Assembly: GCA_043228905.1 (NCBI GenBank)
Contig: JBHGNT010000014.1
Span: 19,840,001 to 19,904,000, forward strand
Reading direction: 5' to 3'
Origin: Azolla caroliniana
Lineage: Eukaryota; Plantae; Polypodiophyta
Length of the DNA stretch: 64,000 nucleotides
Numbering within the stretch: the stretch's first letter is position 1; each line of letters opens with the position of its first letter. Positions 56,540 to 64,000 of this stretch are shown piece after piece. Below the pieces are notes generated by a model. The model ran no database searches. It saw only the letters and a list, made by a program, of their open reading frames with translations, and was not told the origin of the DNA. The translations under genes were made by a program, and so were the position numbers.

Positions 56540-56980
56540 ATTAAATGACGTTGCCAAGAAACTCTCCACCAACCTTCCCCACAATGACAATGGCAATATC
56601 TCGCCCCTTATTGGAACCAGTCGTTAAGTGCAGAACAAGAATCAACACTCTTCCTATGAAGATCTCAAGTAGGTAGCAAACAATGACAGATTTTGAAAGT
56701 GAAAACAACTTCATCAATGACAAGATCAGAGGGAAGACAAGGAGACGAGAAACAAAGTTAGGCACAAGACAATGTAACTGTATTATTCTCAAAGTTACAA
56801 TATCACAATATACAAGATGAACAACCAACCAAAACTAGGTTACAAGAGTTTGTTTAAATACTAACTTACTTAGGGCAACTGCCCTTTCCACTATTTACAA
56901 AATATAGCCTAAACCTAGTGTGTCCAATGGGACAGTGTGAATACGACCATTATATACCCGTATTTGACAATCTCACCCCT
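56540..56980 (-). mobile_element. Copia-type LTR remnant with adjacent PPT, related to the 62683-63591 LTR
   Basis: On the minus strand, the purine tract AGGGGTGAGAT abuts TGTCAAA at 56969. Shares TGCA.AACAAGAAT and CTATTTACAAA(A)TATAGCCT with 63039-63140. Left boundary uncertain. Confidence 0.4.
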
Positions 56981-57237
56981 TGGGTTTGTGTGGCTCGTCA
57001 CGAGTGATTAGCAACAAGCATGGGATAAAGATTGCACAATCATGTTTGTTATGTTCGCTTAACCATTTCCTCAACTAGTTAGGCGCCCTTAAGGATGAAT
57101 TGACATACATTAACTTTACCTTTGAAGAGGCAAATGTTAAGGCTACACACTAAGACCTTTCAAATTTTATTTATTTATTTTCCACGCGTGATTACTCTGT
57201 TTATATACCAAACATTGTTCATCGTCTCAATAAACAT

Positions 57238-57682
57238 TGTTCGAATATTGAATCCCCGAATACCCTTCACCAAAGGTAGTGGTAGGAGATGTGGAAATAA
57301 CACTAATAATAAATCAATAGTCGGATCGGCTACAACTGATAAGCTCTGCACAACACTTAACTTATAACTTATAAACTCAAAAATCCACAAATATAGACAA
57401 TATACACAAACAATGTATAGCCGAAAATTATCTCTATATTAAGCCTCCCATGTACAATACTCATGCCCCTTCATATAGGAAAAGCATGGAGAAGTTACAC
57501 TGCTAATCGGCACACCGTTTCTAACCTAACAATTACAATGTCATAAGAAATACCATTATAAATCCAATATTTACATTTCTACATAATTCGGCAATATATA
57601 TAATTATTAAACTATTCATCCTTTCGGCCCTTTCACACTTCGGCCTTCGACTTCACTTCACTTAATACCCATACATGTAACA
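57238..57682. mobile_element. Solo LTR (445 bp)
   Basis: TGTT...AACA termini with a perfect 5-bp TSD AACAT (57233-57237, 57683-57687). Confidence 0.7.
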
Positions 57683-60600
57683 AACATCATGGTGCTATAA
57701 AATAGGGCATCATTCACTATCAAATCCTTCTTTCCCACTAGTTTGTTTATTGGGTCAACCAAATAGATTCCCTAGTTCATATATCTTTTATTCAATCGTA
57801 ACCATGTCATTTGGTCATTTTTGGAAGAACAAAAATCTTCAATCTAGGGCAAACCCTTTCCACACTTATTTGGTTAACCCAAGGTTGTGAATTTAATGAG
57901 TTGTCCAGTTCACACGACCTACGTTGTCGTGGCGTGGCTCGCCCAGAAGCGTAGTGTTGCGTAGACAAAATATATCGTGAAAGTGAGGAAGGAATCATTG
58001 GGATTATGGACGAAAGAGACGAAAGTGTAGAGATAGAGTAAATAGAGATCAACAATATATGACAAGATAGGATATAGAATGATATTTGAAGGAATAAAAG
58101 AATTTTATAATTATTTGATGAAAGAGTTACAAAATGGTTGCAAGCGTTGTTGAACCTTTGAACTTTGTCTCACAAGGTAATCGCTCTGCTCTTTATTGAT
58201 AGTAAGCCACAACAATCTTCACTTCAATATTTTAATGAAGATAAGAATAAAACCGCCACCCTTTTGTTGCGAGTTGAGCACCACAACCGCCTAGCTAGCT
58301 CTTCTCTTCTCTTTTCTTCTTCTCTTGCTTTTTCTATCTTATGATATCTTTTATGTAATATAATTTTATTTGATTCTCTTGATATATCATACAATATAGT
58401 ACTTCGATTTCAATTCCTTCCAGATCCTTGTTAATATACTCCCTTCTCCTTTTATAGGAAGGGGATGCTTTTGCATGTGGGCCATATGTCACACATGCAG
58501 AGAGGGCCCTTGCATGTGTGCCATATGGTGCACATGTAGTACATTATATGGTTTAGAATATACATTATCAATTCAAATAAGATAACATACATAAATATAC
58601 AAATCGTGAATATTGGGTAAATGGTAAGGTTCGAGACTTGTAAGGTAGATGTTGTTGATTCAATACAAGTCCTCTCTTGCCAATGTAATATACTATATGG
58701 TGCACATTTAGTACATTTCATGGTTTAAACCATATAATAATACTTCAAATAAAACAACACACACAATCTTATATACATTACAAGTATAGGCTAAATGGTA
58801 AGGTTTGAGTGTCATAAGGTGGGGGCGGTTGGTTTAAGTCCTCTTTCGCCCATGTAATGCAATATTTTTCTCTTTATTTGTCTCTACATATAATGTATAA
58901 TATTATCATTGTGTTTTGTTCGTATGATCCTTATGTATAATACACTATTAAGATTCTTTTAGTTATGTATATATCTTATTGTAGGCTTTTAATGTGAAGC
59001 TTTCGTACTTCACGACATCCACCCCCTCTAGACATGCACATCCTCTATCATGTACCACTATCTTTCATCTTCATGTTGATCTATTAGAGGAGGTTCAAGC
59101 TCAAACCTTTCCTTAAAAACTTTTATCCTCTTTCCAAGTACCACATTCTTTTGGTATCGAATGATCACAAAGCTCTACCTTGTTCCTCTCATGATTTGGA
59201 TGAACTGTCATAAACTGTATAGTTCTTTGTCCGTCTTGGCTTCGAGTCTTCGCATAGGTAGAACCATTGTCAAGGACTTTGGTCCCCATCCATACCATTG
59301 TGATGTATGGTTGCCCCAACATTATTGGATAGGTAGATCTTTCCTACACAAAGAAATGTTGATCCACCTCTATATCACCAATAGTAACCTTTACATTTGG
59401 GCATGCACCAAATAAATCTTCAATGACTAATGTGGCTGCTTTTACTCGCCAACCATGTTGAGTATCAATTGGCCTGGTGATTGCATTACATGGGCGAAAA
59501 TCAGCACTCATTATATTTATTTCAAAACCATGATCAATAAGTGCCATCACCAGGTCTGGAACATTTCCAATCTACACATGATGCTCAGTAGTGGCTCTTG
59601 CCCAACATTTGCAAGAGTTGTGACTTCTTGCATCTGTTGAACTTATCATTGAGGTTGATGCATGTTGAGAGTCAACAATGATATTGTTTGACTCGTTGCT
59701 CACCACTTCATATGCCACCGTCGGATTCCTCTCTTCAACCAAGTCATTCACTTGCTTCTTTCTTTGCACAATATCAATTATTTCATCATGAAATTCCTTT
59801 TTTGCAATACCTAATACTTCTCTTAGTGTAAATTCTACTCAACTGTCTAGTATTCTTGTTTCTAAAATTTTCTTTAAATATGTATCATTTTCAATATCAG
59901 ACATTAATTTGAATGAAGGACCACATTTACCTTTTTCGACTTTTGCATCCATCTCTTTTCTTTTGCTTTGTCTTGTTTCATGCTTTTTTGTCGAGCCAAT
60001 CTCATAATCCGGCCTTTTCATTTTTTCTTCCACTATCACCTTATGGTCTTGGTGTTCTGCCATCTGAGCATAGACTGTCATAACATCTACTGGAACATCC
60101 CATTCAGTATTTTTCCTTATAGAATCTCCGGCAACACAAAGGTCTTCCATCTTCAGCTTTTGCTTTTGTGCGGAACTTACAACCTTATCCCAGAATGATG
60201 ATCGGCATGGCATGTCATCGAGGCGCATTCTTGTCGTTGCCGAGTAGTACATTGCAGAAGCCGTCTTTGCTTCAACTTCTTCAAACTTAACCTTGACATC
60301 ACCATCACCAAAGTTCTTTGTAAGTGGACTCCTAGTTTCAGTTAAGTAAATGTTATCATTTTTACAATAGACCAAGTCTCGATTTTCCATGTCTTTATAT
60401 TGCTCACAATCACGTAATTGATGTTCGAGACTATCACACCACATGCATCGAGGTCAAAATGGTTCCCTTGACCTTGAAGTCTAACCATTCTCAAGCTTTG
60501 CCACTTTAATTGTTAGATCTTTCATGCTTTGAACTAAATCATCAAGCAAAGACTCCCTCTTAGTTCTGGTCATTTCTCATGGTTGATGCACCATTTCATG

Positions 60601-61856
60601 TGACGATTCTTGACCAAGTCTTTGAACTTCGATGTTTTGCTCAAGCCGATTTGTGATTCCTACATGTGGTATTTGTATCATTGCACCATTCCTTTGCATT
60701 CTTTTCATAAATTTATTACAAGCATAATTTTGTTACCTCATTTCAATCTGCAGTTATACCATCCTCAACATTTGGTACCTCAAGCATAAGTTCCAACTCC
60801 TTTCTATATCCCTTGTCAACTGCTTGCAAAAATAAAGCAACCTTTTGCCAAGACAAAGAATTTATTTCTTCTAGCTTTAAGTGTCCATACAATCTATCAA
60901 ACTCCTTTTTTGTGTTAGCCACAAATAATCCTTTATCTTCTTTTAAGACCCATTCATGGAATGAACGCATAGTAACTTGAGAGAAATCTTCACAGGCATA
61001 TTCAAACACAAGTGTTTCTTTGATGCATCTCAATCCAAACTATGCAATGCTTGTATTTCAAGAATTCTATCTCTTAATTCCATGTCCACTAATTTATAAA
61101 AGTTTGCTATCATATTTACATCATTCACACCAGACATTTCCATTTCATCATAATATATATTCAAGTACTTTGAAATATTTGTGCCATCAAACACGCCAAT
61201 CTTCTCTCTGACTTCTCGTAAGGCATGAAATAATTTATCTTGATTCAACTTTTCAATAAACAAACTTATACGATCCATTGTACTCGTACTTGCCATGTTG
61301 ATGTTGATCTTTACTTTAGATGTCTCTTCTACTTCCCCGTTTCACGTCGCGTAGACAAAATATATCGTGAAAGTGAGGAAGGAATCAATGGGATTATGGA
61401 CAGAAGAGATGAAAGAGTAGAGATAGAGTGCATAGAGATGAACAAGATAGTAAGCCACAACAATCTTCACTCCAATATTTCGATGAAAATAAGAATCGAA
61501 CCACCACCCTTTTGTTGCAAGTTGAGCACCACAACCACCAAGCTAGCTCTTCTCTTGTCTTTCCTTGCTTTTTCATATATAGTATAATTTTATATATCGT
61601 TTGATATCTCTTATATAGTATAATTTTATTTGATTCTCTTGATATATCATATAATATAGTTCTTTGATTTCAATTCCTTCCATATCCTTGTTACTATACT
61701 CCTTTCTCCTTTTATAGGAAGGGGATGGTTTTGCATGTGGGCCATATGTCACACATGCAGAGAGGGCCCTTGCATGTGTGATTACATGGTTTAGACTATA
61801 CATTATCAATTCAAGTAATATAATATACATGAATATACAAATCATGGATATTGTGG

Positions 61857-62326
61857 TGTTACCGATTAGGAACACGGTCTACGATCAATCCTTCGACCTA
61901 GACCTCAAAGTGACTGTGTGACAACGAATGGTAGCGTCTGTGCGTAATACTTAGTGGGATACCTCCCGTAACCTAGCAGCGTATAAGGGAGACGGCTACA
62001 ACCGAGCTCCTTCGACAATGGGCTAGCACACACATTGTTACTCACGCCTACGCTCTTACAACTATGCTACACCACCAAGGATTACAGACACATAGTAGAT
62101 TAACTATAGATACGCATAGATATCAGAGGAGATAGAACTCTATTAAGATACGTCTTTTACATTTAAAATTACACACTGCCTCTATCAGAGGTTTTCTGCC
62201 CTTTATATATGGCAGGGTCTTTTAGCCATTCACGCTTCTCGCGTGAACCGTTTACATGCGTTACAATATTACTCTATTCCATATTACTGTGCTCTTGTCC
62301 GTTGGTTACTATTCCGGCAAACAACA
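61857..62326 (-). mobile_element. Solo LTR related to the LTR at 41855-42297
   Basis: TGTT...AACA termini and a perfect TSD TGTGG (61852-61856, 62327-62331). Shares CCTTCGACCTAGAC, AAGGGAGACGGCTACAACCGA and GAGGTTTTCTGCCCTTTATATAT with the 41855 LTR. Confidence 0.88.
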
Positions 62327-62682
62327 TGTGGAAATGGTAAGGTTTGAGACTTGTAAAATGGATGTTGTTGGTTCAAGTCCTCTCTTGCCAATGTAATATA
62401 CTATATGGTGCACATTTAGTACATTTCATGGTTTAAACCATACAATACTACTTCAAAAAAAACAAGAATTTTATATACATTACAAGTATAGGCTAAATGG
62501 TAAGGTTTGAGTGTCACAAGGTGGGGGTTGTTGGTTTAAGTCCTCTTTCGCCCATGAAAGGCAATATTTTTCTCTTTATTTGTCTCTACATATAATGTAT
62601 AATATTATCATTGTGTTTTGTTCGTATGATCCTTATGTATAATACACTATCAAGATTCTTTTAGTTATGTATTTATCTTATT

Positions 62683-62952
62683 TGACGGGAACTCAACGCT
62701 CCTTATCCGCAACGCTCGGCCACAACCGAGCTTAGAATCATACACAGAAAAACGGGAAATAATAGACGACACAAAGAAGGGGAGAGTACACAAGAGGTTT
62801 ACGTGGAAAACCCCAAACTAGGGAAAAAACCACGACAGTCCACAGGCTGCAAACTGTCACTATGTAAGAATGTACAATAGTGAGTTCACGGAGGCAACGA
62901 CCTCGTGCTCACAATCTTCGCCACAAACGGCGGTTACAACTGAGGCAGCGAC

Positions 62953-63015
<63 letters not shown>

Positions 63016-63591
63016 CACTGTCACGCGCACTAATCTCGTGCAAAACAAGAATGACAACAACAACTACATCACACACAATAAGTTTGCCCTAAGTCATATT
63101 TATACTAATATGACTTTTCGGCTATTTACAAATATAGCCTCGATGGGCTCTTAGAAACATATTTATGAATATGTCTCTCCATCCGGAGAGCGCTTCTCAC
63201 TGGGTCTGCACCATCCGGCTCTCCGTAGCCGGGTACTCCTCATCCAGTTCTCACCGGGTCTGCACCATCCGGCTCTCCGTAGCCGAGTACTCCTCATCCG
63301 GTTCTCACCGGGTCTGCACCATCCGGCTCTCCGTAGCCGGGTACTCCTCATCCGGTTCTCACCGGATCTGCACCATCCGGCTCTCCGTAGCCGGGTACTC
63401 CTCATCCGGTTCTCACCGGGTCTGCACCATCCGGCTCTCCGTAGCCGGGTACTCCTCATCCGGTTCTCACCGGGTCTGCACCATCCAGCTCTCTGTAGCC
63501 GGGTACTCCTCATCCGGTTTCGGCCTCGGCCGAGTTTGTTCATGGGCACTGTTCTTCTCTCTTCCCATCCGGAGGGACCTATCTCCCAACA
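62683..63591 (-). mobile_element. Solo LTR, Ty1/copia (Tnt1/Tork-like)
   Basis: Termini TGACGGGA...TCCCAACA and a perfect TSD TTATT (62678-62682, 63592-63596). The minus-strand motif CGTGGTTTTTTCCC...GGGGTTTTCCACGTAAA is typical of Tnt1-type LTRs. Confidence 0.82.
63194..63519. repeat. 54-bp minisatellite, ~6 near-identical copies, inside the solo LTR
   Basis: Unit TCTCACCGGGTCTGCACCATCCGGCTCTCCGTAGCCGGGTACTCCTCATCCGGT. Confidence 0.95.
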
Positions 63592-64000
63592 TTATTGTAG
63601 ACTTTTAATGTGAAGCTTTCATACTTCACGACAATGCACAGGTGTCGAGAAAACTAATTTATTTACTCGACTTTTGCCAAACATGTTTCACAATGTTCTT
63701 GGTTAGAATTCACGATTACAATCAGGCTTAAACAATGGCCCAATATGGAACATGCCTTTGGCACCTTATCTCGTTCATCCACATGTAGGGTCTTTGGCCT
63801 GCTATATTACACATTTCAAGAGAGACAAAAAATGTATCATCATATGTAGTTATTATGTGACAAACAACCCATAACAATATAGTCTAATGTTGTTTTTGAC
63901 AAATATATGCATATCCTTGCATTGCATCAATATGTGATTTGAGGTTCCAATGGGAGGAACGAAAGAGTTGAAACCACCTTCGTATGCACAACTATTGTAT

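Larger units (their letters stand above)
57925..63633 (-). mobile_element. Non-autonomous Ty3/gypsy-type LTR element encoding only gag and protease; 3' LTR 57925-59017, 5' LTR ~61345-63633 (interrupted)
   Basis: Long direct repeats (e.g. GTAGACAAAATATATCGTGAAAGTGAGG at 57961 and 61351). Inverted termini TGTCGTG/CACGACA. PPT AGAGGGGGTGGA next to 59017. Gag FDGTNISKYL, knuckle CMWCDSLEHQLRDC and protease ALIDHGFEINIM. No RT, RNase H or integrase in the 2.3-kb interior. Confidence 0.85.

Noticed and set aside
61320-61350. Self-priming (Tf1-like) PBS for the gag-only element
   Set aside because: No complementary sequence was found near the presumed transcription start; a deletion of the LTR end and PBS explains it more simply.
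63163-63608. Repetitive ORFs or a CRISPR-like array
   Set aside because: Head-to-tail 54-bp units with no unique spacers, inside an LTR in a eukaryote; the ORFs follow from a unit length divisible by 3.

Overview
Eukaryotic land-plant nuclear DNA with spliceosomal introns, AAACCCTA telo-boxes and CpG-decayed transposons. A seed-free vascular plant such as a fern is my guess from protein divergence and TE types, not proven. It holds five intron-containing genes: a small plant-specific membrane protein (-), an NPF/PTR transporter (-), a kinesin-12 of the PAKRP1/KIN12A-B type (+), an ABCC/MRP transporter apparently lacking TMD0 (-), and an EPL1-PZP-EPC chromatin scaffold resembling Nto1/JADE/BRPF (-). 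The rest is mostly retroelement debris: a three-level LTR nest at 35.2-46.7 kb, a gag-protease-only LTR element carrying two solo LTRs at 57.9-63.6 kb, several LINE remnants and a MITE. The most striking observation is a full-length U6 snRNA copy fused directly to a 5'-truncated LINE 3' end, with an A-rich tail and an 11-bp target-site duplication (31388-32086). This is the U6/L1 chimera structure known mainly from mammals. All calls come from reading the sequence by eye; no database searches were run.
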